Assembly: GCF_003946645.1 (NCBI RefSeq)
Contig: NZ_RHOU01000002.1
Coordinates: 26,488-90,487 of the forward strand
Length of the DNA stretch: 64,000 nt
Reading direction: 5' to 3'
Source: Lapidilactobacillus wuchangensis
Lineage (GTDB): Bacteria; Bacillota; Bacilli; Lactobacillales; Lactobacillaceae
The notes beneath the pieces are model-generated. The model was not told the origin of the DNA and made no database searches. It saw nothing but the letters and a program-made list of their open reading frames with translations. The position numbers and the translations under genes are program-made. Of this stretch, positions 47,580 through 58,903 are shown piece by piece (the first letter of the stretch is position 1; each line of letters begins with the position of its first letter).

Positions 47580-47995
47580 GCGCCTGACTCCATTCCGTCT
47601 GGAGTTAAGTTAGTTCGTTTCACTATTGCTAGTGCTTGAAACTAGTGTAGTGAGGTAGCTCAACTCGACTTAGATTGAAAATAATGATACTTGAAAAGCA
47701 AAATTCAAATTGCTGATTAAAAGTTTTTAACCTGATCACAATTCCTTAAATCCAAAAAGTTTGTCGATCAGACTAGTAATTTATACTAGTCTGATTTTCT
47801 GTGAGTGGTGTTGAATCAAAATATTTAATTAGGCAGGGGCCCAGCGATTGGCGTCAATGGTGAGATTATTCTTGCCGCTTCAGCGGTTAGAATAAGACTC
47901 GTATCTGAGATTGTTGCTGAAAGCAATAAGCTCAGATCGATGTCCACCATGTTCCACGCCCTCTAAATCGCTGGGCCCCTGCCTTTTCTCAACTA
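47580..47995. repeat. BOX-like repeat cluster
   Basis: tccattccgtctggagttaag at 47590. 47820-47995 is nearly identical to 44700-44875. Confidence 0.7.
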
Positions 47996-48165
47996 GGGAG
48001 AGCCTCGAATTAAAATAGTACGCATTTTTTGCAAGCACCCAACTATTTTGATTTAATAACTCTAAGAAGAAACTGTGAAAATAGCAAGCAAAGTTCTAAT
48101 AAACTCACAATTTTTAATTTGAAAGTCGTATAATAAACTTATTCTAATTACTTGAGGAGGAGCTC

Positions 48166-50721
48166 ATGGCTGAATTTACACATTTTTACGAAACTTTTCA
48201 ACCAGAACATTACAATGTTTACATCGATGTTAATCGGGAAACTAAATTAATTTCTGGTCAGACCACAATTAAAGGTGACGCGAAAAAGGCAACAATTTCG
48301 ATTCACCAAAAAGATTTGGATGTCGCTTCTGTTTTAGCAGATGACAAAGATGTGCCATTTACCCTTGAAAAAGCCACCGATGAAATTCGGATCGATCTTG
48401 GCAAGACTGGTGACACGACTTTAACCATCACTTATACCGCACCATTAACTGACTCAATGATGGGGATTTATCCTTCTTATTACGAAGTTGACGGCGTAAA
48501 GAAGCAGATTATTGGCACACAATTTGAAACCAATTTTGCTCGGCAAGCTTTCCCATGTGTGGATGAGCCTGAAGCCAAAGCTACTTTTGATTTGGCCATT
48601 AAATACGATGAAAAAGCTGGCGAAACAACTTTAAGCAACATGCCAGAAATCAAAGTTGAAAATGGTGTCCATTATTTTGATACTACTGTGCGGATGTCTA
48701 CTTATTTGATTGCCTTCGCTTTTGGCGATTTGCAAAGTAAAATGACTGAAACGAAGAGTGGCGTTAAAATTGGCGTTTTTGCTACGAAAGCTCATCAAGC
48801 TAAAGAACTTGATTTTGCCTTAGATATTGCGAAACGGTCAATTGAATTCTATGAAGATTTCTACCAAACACCATACCCATTGCCACACTCATGGCAATTA
48901 GCTTTACCAGACTTCTCAGCTGGCGCCATGGAAAACTGGGGCTTAGTAACTTATCGGGAAGCTTATTTAGTCCTTGATCCTGACAACACTTCACTAGAAA
49001 TGAAACAATTAGTAGCCACGGTCATTGCCCACGAATTGGCTCATCAATGGTTCGGCGATTTAGTCACCATGAAGTGGTGGGATGATCTTTGGTTGAATGA
49101 AAGTTTCGCCAACATGATGGAATATGTGGCCATTGATGCCTTACAACCTGATTGGCATATTTGGGAAATGTTCCAAACTTCCGAAGCTGCTGCTGCCTTA
49201 CAACGTGACGCCACTGATGGTGTCCAATCAGTTCACGTTAACGTGGAAAACCCAGCCGAAATTGACGCCTTGTTTGACGGTGCCATCGTTTATGCTAAGG
49301 GTGCCCGTCTGTTAGTTATGGTTCGGGCCTTGTTAGGTGACGATGCTTTACGGGAAGGCTTAAAGAATTACTTTGCTGCTCATCATTACGGCAATGCCAC
49401 TGGTGCTGATTTGTGGTCAGCTTTAGGCGCCGCTTCACACTTAGATGTGGGTGCCATTATGAATTCTTGGTTGGAACAACCAGGTTATCCAGTAGTTTCT
49501 GCTAGCGTGGTTAATGGTCAATTGACCTTGAAACAACAGCAGTTCTTTGTTGGTGAAGGTGAAGAAGTCGGTCGTCAATGGCAAATTCCATTGAATGGTA
49601 ATTACGACGCCGTACCAGCCTTGATGACTGACAAAGAAATTCAATTAGGCGATTATGCTGAATTGCGCGCTGCTAGTGGCAAACCATTCCGCTTAAATGT
49701 TGGCAACAACTCGCACTTCATCGTTAAATATGATCAAACTTTATTAGATGATATTTTGGCACACGTAGCTGACTTAGATCCAATCGACCAATTACAATTG
49801 TTGCAAGACCTCCGTCTATTAGCTGAAGGTCGCCAAATTTCCTTCTCCGCAATCGTGCCATTACTTGAAAAATTTGCAGACAGTGAATCAAATGTTGTGA
49901 CCACATTGTTGTATCGGGTCACTAATGACTTGAAGAAATTTGTGACTCCAGATTCTGCTGCTGAAATGAATTTACAAGCATTCACTGATCGGTTAAGTGT
50001 TAGCCAAATCGCCCGCTTAGGTTTGAAACCAACTGCTGGCGAATCAAATGATGATCAATTAACTCGACCAGTTGTTTTAGGGGCCTCATTGTACGCTAAG
50101 AACCCTGAAACAATTGCGGCTGTTCACGAATTATTCGTAGCTAACCATGACAATTTAGTTAATTTATCAGCCGACATTCGCGTTTATGTCTTGCTGAATG
50201 AAGTCAAAAATTATGGCACACCAGAATTAATTGACGAATTATTAAACGAATATCGACAATCATCTGATGCTAGTTACAAGCAAAGTATTTGTGCCGCAGT
50301 GACTGCTACGCCAGATCCAAAATTGATTGCGAAGATCATTGGCGAATTTGAAAATGCTGAAACTGTTAAGCCTCAAGATTTGCGAGCTTGGTTCCGTGGC
50401 GTTTTGAACAATAATCATGGTCAACAAGCCGCTTGGGATTGGATTCGTAATGACTGGCAATGGCTTGAAGATACTGTCGGCGGTGACATGGAATTCACCA
50501 CCTTCATTACCGTGATTGCTGGCATCTTCCGGACCCCAGAACGTTTAGCTGAATTCAAGGCCTTCTTCGAACCAAAACTTAACACCCCAGGTTTAACTCG
50601 GGAAATTAAGATGGATACTAAAGTCATCGAAACTCGGGTCAACTTGATTGAAGCTGAAAAGACGGCTGTTAATGGCGCCATTGCTTTGGCAGTTGAAAAG
50701 GGAATTATTGATTTTAAATAA
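48166..50721 (+). CDS. pepN: aminopeptidase N (M1 family)
   Basis: GAMENWG exopeptidase motif, HELAHQWFG ... E zinc-binding HEXXH-18-E. 851 aa. Confidence 0.9.
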   Translation: MAEFTHFYETFQPEHYNVYIDVNRETKLISGQTTIKGDAKKATISIHQKDLDVASVLADDKDVPFTLEKATDEIRIDLGKTGDTTLTITYTAPLTDSMMGIYPSYYEVDGVKKQIIGTQFETNFARQAFPCVDEPEAKATFDLAIKYDEKAGETTLSNMPEIKVENGVHYFDTTVRMSTYLIAFAFGDLQSKMTETKSGVKIGVFATKAHQAKELDFALDIAKRSIEFYEDFYQTPYPLPHSWQLALPDFSAGAMENWGLVTYREAYLVLDPDNTSLEMKQLVATVIAHELAHQWFGDLVTMKWWDDLWLNESFANMMEYVAIDALQPDWHIWEMFQTSEAAAALQRDATDGVQSVHVNVENPAEIDALFDGAIVYAKGARLLVMVRALLGDDALREGLKNYFAAHHYGNATGADLWSALGAASHLDVGAIMNSWLEQPGYPVVSASVVNGQLTLKQQQFFVGEGEEVGRQWQIPLNGNYDAVPALMTDKEIQLGDYAELRAASGKPFRLNVGNNSHFIVKYDQTLLDDILAHVADLDPIDQLQLLQDLRLLAEGRQISFSAIVPLLEKFADSESNVVTTLLYRVTNDLKKFVTPDSAAEMNLQAFTDRLSVSQIARLGLKPTAGESNDDQLTRPVVLGASLYAKNPETIAAVHELFVANHDNLVNLSADIRVYVLLNEVKNYGTPELIDELLNEYRQSSDASYKQSICAAVTATPDPKLIAKIIGEFENAETVKPQDLRAWFRGVLNNNHGQQAAWDWIRNDWQWLEDTVGGDMEFTTFITVIAGIFRTPERLAEFKAFFEPKLNTPGLTREIKMDTKVIETRVNLIEAEKTAVNGAIALAVEKGIIDFK

Positions 50722-51102
50722 TCTTCTGATGCCCACTTGGATTGCATATAGTCTTCTTGATAGGCGTCAAATGAGTTAATAGAATCGCAAAAGATTATTT
50801 AGAAAAATAGGGAATCAAGAAACGCAAGTTCACAGATCAACCAAGATTGCAGTGATGAGTATTGCTGCAATAAGTTGTCGTTAACCTGTGTTTTTTTGTG
50901 TCGTTAAATAATAAAATTTATTAATACTGAATTGAGCAATAATAGTCGTAAAATGATACTTAATCATTTGCTATAATCAATAATTACTATTTTTTAAATG
51001 AATGGATTAAAAGCTTCGGAACAGACTATAGGTACCGATACTAAACAGGTATACTAGAAATAGCTTATTTGATTAGCGATATTTTATGGGGAGGCCATTA
51101 GC

Positions 51103-51684
51103 GTGAAGTTAGCAATTTTCGTTATTTTAAAGCAATTCTCTGATTGGGAGGGGGCCTATTTAGCCAGTCAACTTAATCAAAGCTCGCAGTGGCAAGTAAA
51201 GTATGCTTCTAACCAAACTTCAGTTACTTCAATTGGGGGATTAACAGTCTTGCCTGACTATCAGCTTGATCAATTACCACAAGAAATCGATTTGTTAGTC
51301 TTGATTGGTGGTAATGCCTGGCAATTGACTGATCAGCAGTTTGTGACCAAATTACAACAACGTTTGCAGAATAAGCTGCCAGTGGCGGCAATTTGTGGCG
51401 CCGTTGATTTCTTAGCAAAGAATGGGTTGTTGAATCAATATCAGCATACTGGGAATAGTCAATCATTGTGGGCTGACTATCCAGATTATCAGAATCAGAC
51501 CGGTTATCAATTACACCAAGCAGTGCGTGATCGTAATTTGGTAACGGCTAATGGAACGGCGGCACTAGACTTTACTGAACAAGTACTAATGATGATTGAT
51601 TTCTCTGCGCAGATTCGCCAACAAGTAGATTTCTATCGTTTAGGCTTTTATCAATATTGTAAAAAGTATGGCAATCCGTTTTGA
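51103..51684 (+). CDS. DJ-1/PfpI-family (class I glutamine amidotransferase-like) protein
   Basis: Fold-level resemblance (LLVLIGGNAW ... AAICGAVDFL). Confidence 0.6.
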   Translation: MKLAIFVILKQFSDWEGAYLASQLNQSSQWQVKYASNQTSVTSIGGLTVLPDYQLDQLPQEIDLLVLIGGNAWQLTDQQFVTKLQQRLQNKLPVAAICGAVDFLAKNGLLNQYQHTGNSQSLWADYPDYQNQTGYQLHQAVRDRNLVTANGTAALDFTEQVLMMIDFSAQIRQQVDFYRLGFYQYCKKYGNPF

Positions 51685-51718
51685 TAATATCGGCAAATAT
51701 TCCTAACGAGGTGAGTGA

Positions 51719-52432
51719 ATGACGACTAAAGCTGATCGGGGCTACTTAGCGCCCGAGGCCCAGCTGCCTACAGTAATTACTAAGGCCGATTTGCTGACAA
51801 TGATTCAAAGTCCAAACGCCGTTGAACGGACGACGGCAGCTCGGCTAGTTTTACAAAAGCAATTATTGGATGTCACTGTTGCTAAGGCGTTGCTGGGCCA
51901 ACTAAAAGTTGAGACTAAGCTGTATGCCAAAATCGAAATTTGCCAGACGCTGCAACATGGTGATAGCGCCGTTATTAAGTTAATGTTGCCATTATTGGGT
52001 CAAATTGGCTCGAATCAGCTGCATAGCTGGTCGCAGTGTGTTCCTTCAAAGAAAAAGTCTTATCCCTTGCCGCGAGATATTATTGCTCGCACCTTAGCTC
52101 GAACCGAGCCAGTAATGTTGTCGGTAATGGTCGATTTTCTTGATCAGCAAGCGACTGTTTTACAAGCAAGGGAATTAATTGATGCCATTGGCTTTAAATG
52201 CTTTTACACACCGGCGTTGGCAAATGACGCTCAGCTAACGGCGATTTATCAATCCTTAATGCTTCAGTTAGGCAACAATATTTTAACTTGGAAGTTTACG
52301 ACGCTGTTATCAGCTTTTAAAACTGACTTGGCATTGGCAAAATTAGCCAAGCTGAAGCAAATTGATAATGCGACTATTCAAGCAGAAATTAACCGCTCCG
52401 AGATATTAATTAGGCAAGGAAGGTCAAAATGA
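51719..52432 (+). CDS. hypothetical protein (helical-repeat like)
   Basis: ORF with GAGGTGAG RBS. Overlaps the downstream gene by ATGA. Confidence 0.5.
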   Translation: MTTKADRGYLAPEAQLPTVITKADLLTMIQSPNAVERTTAARLVLQKQLLDVTVAKALLGQLKVETKLYAKIEICQTLQHGDSAVIKLMLPLLGQIGSNQLHSWSQCVPSKKKSYPLPRDIIARTLARTEPVMLSVMVDFLDQQATVLQARELIDAIGFKCFYTPALANDAQLTAIYQSLMLQLGNNILTWKFTTLLSAFKTDLALAKLAKLKQIDNATIQAEINRSEILIRQGRSK

Positions 52433-52995
52433 CTTTTAAACGGACGATGACAGTCAGCCAGTTTCAAAATCAATATTATTATCGCACTGAATTACAACAA
52501 ATTTGTCGTGAGTTAAGTTTGCCAGTAGCTGGCACTAAGGCCGAATTGAATCAGCGCATTATTAATTTCCTGTCCGGTAAAGTGCAGCCAAAGTCAGCTC
52601 GGGTTGTTTCTAATCAGCTACAAGCGCCATTAACACTAACGACTAAAGTTTTGTCAGGTGTTAAATTAAATCAATCGTTGCGCCAATTCATGGCCGCTTA
52701 CTATGGCCGGTCGCAAATTAAATTTAATAAGGCAATGGCGGTGGCAATTCGCCAAGTTAAAGCCGAACAGGATGAAAGTTTCACTGTGGCAGACTTGTTA
52801 GCAATTTATGAAGGGCGGCGTCAGGTTGATACCAGTCAGGATGATCCTAGCTATCAGTGGAACCAATTCCTGAAGGATTATTGCGCTGATCCACATAATC
52901 AACAAGTCGCTAACAAACTTGCTGCAGCTGCTAAGCTCTGGCAACAAATTAAGACGCAACCTGGCCCTAAAATTTATCAAACGCCTTCGCTATAA
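52429..52995 (+). CDS. hypothetical protein with N-terminal SAP-like motif
   Basis: ELQQICRELSLPVAGTKAELNQRI resembles the SAP DNA-binding motif. Confidence 0.5.
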   Translation: MTFKRTMTVSQFQNQYYYRTELQQICRELSLPVAGTKAELNQRIINFLSGKVQPKSARVVSNQLQAPLTLTTKVLSGVKLNQSLRQFMAAYYGRSQIKFNKAMAVAIRQVKAEQDESFTVADLLAIYEGRRQVDTSQDDPSYQWNQFLKDYCADPHNQQVANKLAAAAKLWQQIKTQPGPKIYQTPSL

Positions 52996-53127
52996 TCGCT
53001 GCATTTTGTGCCAGCAATTTATGAGGCCCATTTTTTAAAATCAAAATGACAAAACTGTTCGTCATCGCCATGGCTAGATGCTGTTGCGGTCAGTTAAACT
53101 AAGCATCATGAGTTTAACTGGAATGGA

Positions 53128-53460
53128 GTGGATTTAATGCCGTTGTTAGCAATTTTGCTGGATATTTTGACCTTAGGTGCTTATTGGTTGCAGGTCGATG
53201 TATTTGATAGTGGGCTGACACTGATCGGCTTTGTTTTTCAGATTGCTATGGTGCTGATTTTATTTTTAGTGACGATTGATTACCAAGGCCCGCGGGTCAC
53301 GCGCTATCGACCGGCCGGTTATGGCTATTTGACCATTCGTTATGGTCTGATTATCATGTCCTTCGTTATCAATGCCATCGTGCTATTCCTTTATGGCTTG
53401 GCTTATTTCAAAATCAATGACGTTTTATTTCATCAGGTAGCGCTGTTAATTCTAAAATAA
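53128..53460 (+). CDS. small membrane protein (3 TM)
   Basis: Hydrophobic ORF followed by a terminator hairpin at 53490-53535. Confidence 0.5.
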   Translation: MDLMPLLAILLDILTLGAYWLQVDVFDSGLTLIGFVFQIAMVLILFLVTIDYQGPRVTRYRPAGYGYLTIRYGLIIMSFVINAIVLFLYGLAYFKINDVLFHQVALLILK

Positions 53461-53725
53461 CGACTTTAAATCAGTCGTGGTATTTTGCAAAAAAAATTGT
53501 CTCATTGCTTTAATGGATGAGACAATTTTTTTGTTATTTTAGCGTAACCGAGATTTTCGTTAAGGGCCAATTGTGCGCTGGCTAGACAAGTATTTTTGCT
53601 AGGGAAGGCACTGTTTTCAATTGATTTAAAGTTAGCCTAAACAGATTACATGCGAAATTGTGATAATCCGCTTATATTAACAGTACTTACAATACTGTTT
53701 TTAAAATATAGGAGGTAGCACGACC

Positions 53726-54337
53726 ATGACACTAACAAGGTTTAGAACTTCAGGCGGCCGGTTATTTATGGCTGCAGTTCTGATGATAATTGGTTATTGT
53801 AGTTTAATGCTATTTGAGTGGGCCTGGTGGGGTATTTTAGTCAGTGGTATTTTCGCGTGGCTAATTGCTTTTAATCCCAGTGGTAAAGCAGCGTTTAGTC
53901 GACCGGAGCACGTTTGGCTAATTCCTTTAGGAGTGATCTTATATTTTGGGGTGAGTATGATCGTTGGTGCTTGGGCCAATGCTGTCGGTTTGAAATGGGC
54001 GGGTAGTCCGGCTGCGGCACAGCCATTATTTCCTATGCTGGCTCAATTGCCGTTCATGTTAATGGGGGAAGAATTATTGGGCATTGGGGTCCTTGAGGGT
54101 GCGCGGGCCAGGGGCTGGTCTTGGTTGCCTAGTACTTTATTAAGCGGCCTGATCTTCGGAATGTTACATTTTCTGGATTATTGGGATGGCTCAGTGGCTT
54201 CTACGATGCTGCACGTTTTAATGCTGCAAGGGGTGGCGCGTCTGATTCTAAATCGGATTTATTTGCATAGTGGTCAGAGCATTTGGAGTTCGTGGCTGGC
54301 CCATGTGTTAATCGATTTGCTGGCCTTTGCCATTTAA
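53726..54337 (+). CDS. CPBP-family intramembrane metalloprotease (CAAX protease/Abi)
   Basis: AGGAGG RBS. Motifs GEELLGIGV ... FGMLHF ... LAHVLID. Confidence 0.7.
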   Translation: MTLTRFRTSGGRLFMAAVLMIIGYCSLMLFEWAWWGILVSGIFAWLIAFNPSGKAAFSRPEHVWLIPLGVILYFGVSMIVGAWANAVGLKWAGSPAAAQPLFPMLAQLPFMLMGEELLGIGVLEGARARGWSWLPSTLLSGLIFGMLHFLDYWDGSVASTMLHVLMLQGVARLILNRIYLHSGQSIWSSWLAHVLIDLLAFAI

Positions 54338-54609
54338 TTGTTCATTTTATTTAATGATATTTTTTGAAAAAAAGTGATTCAAATTTTAGTGCTGAGAATG
54401 ATTTTTATTTTTGGAAAAAGTTGAATTACTTTCGTTTGTCAGCTTAAAGATTAGGTAGGGCTAATTATTGGGAATACGAGTTGCTTTAGTTGCTGGTGAT
54501 TCGGTTTGAACAAAAAGTTAACCCAGCCTAATCTTTTTGTTGTGCTAAAGGAAAAGCTATGATAGTCTTTGGATAGAGCAAGTGCTTTATGAAGATTGGA
54601 GGGCTCTTT

Positions 54610-55350
54610 ATGTTAACTATTAAGAACCTCACTGTGGCATATGATGACACACCAGTATTTACCGATGTTGCCGTTAATTTCAACGCAGGTAAAATTACTG
54701 GGATCATCGGGCCGAACGGTGCAGGTAAATCGACCATGATCAAAGCAATTCTCGGTCTGATCAAATCACAAACAGGGGTGGTCAAGTATAACGACCAATC
54801 AATTAAGTCGGTTCAGAAACAAATTGCTTATGTGGAGCAACGCAAGGACTTAGACTTAAGTTTTCCAATTAACGTTTTCGACTTGGTATTGACTGGAACC
54901 TACGGCAAATTAGGTTTGTTCAAAAGTCCTGGTAAAGCAGAACGGGCTGCTAGTCAAGCCGCGTTGGCTAAAGTGTCGCTAACAGAATTCAGTAAGCGGC
55001 AAATTGGTAATTTATCTGGTGGACAATTACAGCGTGTCTTCGTTGCGCGGGCAATTGTGCAAGAGGCAGAAATTATCATCTTGGATGAACCGTTCGTGGG
55101 CATCGATTTGCAAAGCGAAACGGCGATTATGAAGATTCTTAAGCAGTGGCGGGATGCTGGCAAAACAATCATTGTCGTTCACCACGATTTAAATAAAGTC
55201 TCACGTTACTTTGATGACTTAGTGGTAATGAATCATGGCATTATCGACTTTGGCCCAGTTGCCGACGTTTATAATGCTCACAATATTGAACAAGCCTTTA
55301 GTGCAGACCTATCTTCTGTCTTGTTTACAGCAAAGGAAGGTGCGCAGTGA
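54610..55350 (+). CDS. metal (Mn/Zn) ABC transporter ATP-binding protein
   Basis: GPNGAGKST Walker A, LSGGQLQRV signature, ILDEP Walker B. Confidence 0.85.
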   Translation: MLTIKNLTVAYDDTPVFTDVAVNFNAGKITGIIGPNGAGKSTMIKAILGLIKSQTGVVKYNDQSIKSVQKQIAYVEQRKDLDLSFPINVFDLVLTGTYGKLGLFKSPGKAERAASQAALAKVSLTEFSKRQIGNLSGGQLQRVFVARAIVQEAEIIILDEPFVGIDLQSETAIMKILKQWRDAGKTIIVVHHDLNKVSRYFDDLVVMNHGIIDFGPVADVYNAHNIEQAFSADLSSVLFTAKEGAQ

Positions 55351-56213
55351 TGGCCTCATTATCAGAATTCTTTAGTGCGTTAGGACGTTATGATTTCTTA
55401 CAAAGTGCCTTGATCACCGCAATTATGGTGGGGATGATGTCAGGCATTATCGGGAGTTTTATTATTTTACGCGGCATGTCGTTAATGGGCGACGCCATCT
55501 CTCATGCGGTTTTACCAGGGGTGGCGGTCGCTTACATGTTCGGCTTCAATATCTTAATTGGCGCTTCGCTGTTCGGTATTTTAGCGGCGCTACTGATCGG
55601 TTTCGTGGCCGCACATAGTAAAATCAAAACGGATACATCAATTGGGGTGGTTTTCAGTGCTTTCTATGCCCTAGGTTTTATTTTGATCTCAATGGCGGAA
55701 AGTTCGACTAACTTGCATCACATTTTGTTTGGGAATATTTTAGCCGTGAATGATTCCGATATTATGACCACCGCCGTTGTGTTAGGCATTGTCATTTTAT
55801 TCGTGACCTTCTTCTACAAAGAGTTATTGGTGACCTCGTTTGACGAAACCTATGCCAAAACTTACGGCCTTAAAGTTCAGCTCTTACATTATGCCTTGAT
55901 GCTGGTCTTAACTTTGGTAACCGTATCGGCGTTACAAACGGTGGGTATTATCTTGGTGGTGGCAATGTTGATTACGCCAGCAGCGACAGCCTTTCTCTGG
56001 ACTGACAAACTATCGACGATGCTGATTTTAGCTGCTACCTTTGGCGTGGTTTCTTCAATTACGGGCCTCTACTTTAGTTATACCTTCAACTGGGCTTCCG
56101 GTCCGGCAATCGTGATTGTCGCGGCGTTATTGTTTGCCATCTCCTTTATTTTCTCACCAAAACAAGCTGTCTTTCATTTCCACAATAAGCCAACCAAACA
56201 GGAGGTTGACTAA
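55347..56213 (+). CDS. metal ABC transporter permease
   Basis: 8-TM permease. Start overlaps upstream stop (GTGATG). Confidence 0.85.
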   Translation: MMASLSEFFSALGRYDFLQSALITAIMVGMMSGIIGSFIILRGMSLMGDAISHAVLPGVAVAYMFGFNILIGASLFGILAALLIGFVAAHSKIKTDTSIGVVFSAFYALGFILISMAESSTNLHHILFGNILAVNDSDIMTTAVVLGIVILFVTFFYKELLVTSFDETYAKTYGLKVQLLHYALMLVLTLVTVSALQTVGIILVVAMLITPAATAFLWTDKLSTMLILAATFGVVSSITGLYFSYTFNWASGPAIVIVAALLFAISFIFSPKQAVFHFHNKPTKQEVD

Positions 56214-57157
56214 TGAAGAAGAATATTATTGCAGTTGTGGCCGTCGTTTTAATGGTCACTGGGGTTTATTGGTTCCTAAATCATCGTAATCCTCAAGAAA
56301 CTAGTCAAATTAGCGCCACTCAGAAATTACGAGTCGTTACGACTAACTCGATTCTCGAAGATATGGTTCATAATGTTGGGCAAGATCGCATTGAATTGTA
56401 CAGTATTGTTAAGCGCGGGACTGACCCTCATGAATACGAGCCGAAACCGGCCGATGTTTCAGCAACTGCTGACGCCGATATTATTTTCCATAACGGTTTG
56501 AATTTGGAAACCGGCGGCAATGGTTGGTTCACGAAACTGGTTCAAACTTCGCATAAGCAATTTGATGTTGATGCGTTCGCTGTCAGTACCGATGTGGTGC
56601 CGCAGCATTTAACGACTAATGTGAACGAAGAGGATCCGCATGCGTGGTTGGATTTAGCCAACGGCATCAAATACGTGAAACGAATGACGGCGATCATGAA
56701 AGAGAAGGATCGTAAGAATGCCGACTTTTATCAAAAAAATTCAGATGCCTACGTGGCAAAATTATTGAATTTACACAAGACGGCTCAATCCAAGTTTATT
56801 AATATTCCTGAAAGCCAACGACTTTTGGTGACATCAGAGGGGGCATTTAAGTATTTCGCCCAAGCTTATCATGTGAAGGCCGCTTATATTTGGGAAATCA
56901 ACACTGAGGCTCAAGGTACGCCAGAACAAATGCAACAAGTTTTGGCAAAAATTCGCCAATCAGAGGTGAAGAGCTTGTTCGTTGAGTCATCGGTTTCTCC
57001 AAAGTCGATGGAGAAAGTGGCTAAAGAAAGTGGACTATTGATTTACGCCAAAATTTTCACTGACTCACTGGCTAGCAAGGGTAAGCCAGGGGATACGTAT
57101 TATTCAATGATGAAGTGGAATCTCGATAAAATTCATGACGGATTGGCGAAAGAGTAA
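56213..57157 (+). CDS. metal ABC transporter substrate-binding protein (cluster A-I, PsaA/MntC-like; no Cys lipobox, signal-anchor)
   Basis: N-terminal TM anchor. Conserved metal-SBP His/Glu/Asp-containing segments (DPHEYEP, DPHAWLD). Confidence 0.8.
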   Translation: MKKNIIAVVAVVLMVTGVYWFLNHRNPQETSQISATQKLRVVTTNSILEDMVHNVGQDRIELYSIVKRGTDPHEYEPKPADVSATADADIIFHNGLNLETGGNGWFTKLVQTSHKQFDVDAFAVSTDVVPQHLTTNVNEEDPHAWLDLANGIKYVKRMTAIMKEKDRKNADFYQKNSDAYVAKLLNLHKTAQSKFINIPESQRLLVTSEGAFKYFAQAYHVKAAYIWEINTEAQGTPEQMQQVLAKIRQSEVKSLFVESSVSPKSMEKVAKESGLLIYAKIFTDSLASKGKPGDTYYSMMKWNLDKIHDGLAKE

Positions 57158-57184
57158 CTGAATTGTGCCAAGCTGCTTCCTAAT

Positions 57185-57895
57185 TGAAGTGGTTGCTGAG
57201 CGATTTTACGAGCGTGGAACGCCGTGGTTGTCGATTTGAAACTGACCTAGTTTTGGGCGAAAGAGAGCACAACTCCGTTGCGGCCGGCGGAGTGTGGAAC
57301 GTTGCCGACGCTGATTTGAGCTTATTGCTGCGCAACAATCTCAAATACAGGTCTTCTTCTAACCGCTAAAGCGGCAAGAAAAATTTGGCGACTGACACTC
57401 CGGCGGCCTCCACTGCGTTTTGAGCTAGTGTGGTCCACTTTAGATTTGATTGATATCAAGGCAATACATGTGAGGCTAGATAATTTCCCAGCCACCACCT
57501 GATGAAACTAGCAGAATTGATCTCCACTATTTAGAAAAACAGATTGATATAAACTAATAAGTCTGTTTGACAAGTTTTCTGGAATTTAACCAGAGAACTG
57601 TTAAACAGACTTTTTGAGTACTACTGTTCAGTTGAGACAACAGTCTAAATCAAGTTGATTAATCCCACTGCAATTGTCTTAAGCACTAACAAAAATGTAG
57701 TGAACTAACTCAACTCCAGACGGAATGGAGGGATCTTGTCGTCAGCCGCCAAATTATTGTTGGTGCTTTAGCACTTACAATAAGACTTGTATCTGAGACT
57801 TTGTGTAACAAAGGCTCAGATCAATGTCGGCCGCGTTCCACGACAAGCAGCCCGGAATGCAGTCAGAACTTATTCTGTTTCAACACTTTCATTAG
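57185..57895. repeat. composite BOX-like repeat cluster (same module order as 38040-38565 and 39690-40250)
   Basis: Contains the gcgtggaacgccgtgg / aactccgttgcggccggcggagtgtggaacgttgccgac modules, the tagaaaaacagattg + gtctgtttgacaag ... ctgttaaacagac hairpin, and the ccagacggaatggagg ... gcgttccacgacaagcagcccggaatgcagtcagaac element. Confidence 0.7.
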
Positions 57896-58007
57896 ATTTT
57901 AATGGTTTTGAATTTTGATTAAAGTATCGTAATTTGAAGGCAACTTGACGGAACTCCTGAGTTTCGCTATCATTTTGTAATGAGATGACTAACGCGGAGG
58001 TGGATTC

Positions 58008-58168
58008 ATGTCATTAATTCTCGGTGTAGTCACATTATTTACGCTTATTATTTTATTTATCGCAATTCGGCAACGACGGAAATTTTTAGTTTTTAGTTCC
58101 AGCATCATGCTGCTGTTTGAAGCAGCGTTACTCTGTTTTTTGTTCGTGATGTTTTCAGCCCCGATTTA
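58008..58168 (+). CDS. possible small membrane peptide (53 aa)
   Basis: GCGGAGGTG RBS. Two hydrophobic stretches. The stop abuts the GNAT start. Confidence 0.3.
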
Positions 58169-58169
58169 A

Positions 58170-58727
58170 ATGGTCGGGATTTCAGAGGAGCGTATCCAGT
58201 TGGCAGTCACAATTAAACCCTTAACAGCCAGTGATATTCTGCCATTATGGCAATTGGCTTACGGTAAAGGAAATTCAGAATGGCAAAATTGGAATGGCCC
58301 TTATTTTCATGACCCAGTTTTAACGTTAGCTGAGTTTCAGCAAAAATTTAAGTCTCATAATTGGATGCGCCAAGGTATTTGGGTCGATCAAACCTTAGTG
58401 GGCGAAGTTTCGGCCTATTACGAAGATGGCCCATTGCAACGTTGGCTCGATGTCGGCATTGTGATTTATCAGCAGCAGTCTTGGCAACATGGCATTGGCA
58501 CGCAAGCGCTAAAGCTGTGGCTTGATCTGGTTTTCGCTCAAACAGATTTGCCCCATGTTGGGTTAACAACTTGGTCTGGCAATGTCCGCATGATGCGAGT
58601 CGCTGAAAAATTGGGCTTGAATTTAGAGGCCCGCGTGCCACAAGTACGTTTTTGGCAGGGGAAATATTGGGATTCGGTGAAGTATGGTGTGCTCAGAACT
58701 GACTGGCAACACCTTAACAATTGCTAA
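58170..58727 (+). CDS. GNAT-family N-acetyltransferase
   Basis: QHGIGTQALKLWLDLVF acetyl-CoA-binding region. Confidence 0.7.
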   Translation: MVGISEERIQLAVTIKPLTASDILPLWQLAYGKGNSEWQNWNGPYFHDPVLTLAEFQQKFKSHNWMRQGIWVDQTLVGEVSAYYEDGPLQRWLDVGIVIYQQQSWQHGIGTQALKLWLDLVFAQTDLPHVGLTTWSGNVRMMRVAEKLGLNLEARVPQVRFWQGKYWDSVKYGVLRTDWQHLNNC

Positions 58728-58903
58728 AATAGATCCGAGGTCCATGACTGTCGCAGTTATTCTTAGGTAAGTGGTGGAAGCGTCGAAATCAAAGCGCCAT
58801 AAAAAAATCACGTTGACAACAGACACAGGTTGCTTTTCCTGTGGCGAAGTCAGCGTGATTTTTTTGATTGTTGCAGTTAAAAAAATTTTACTTGAGTGAC
58901 TGT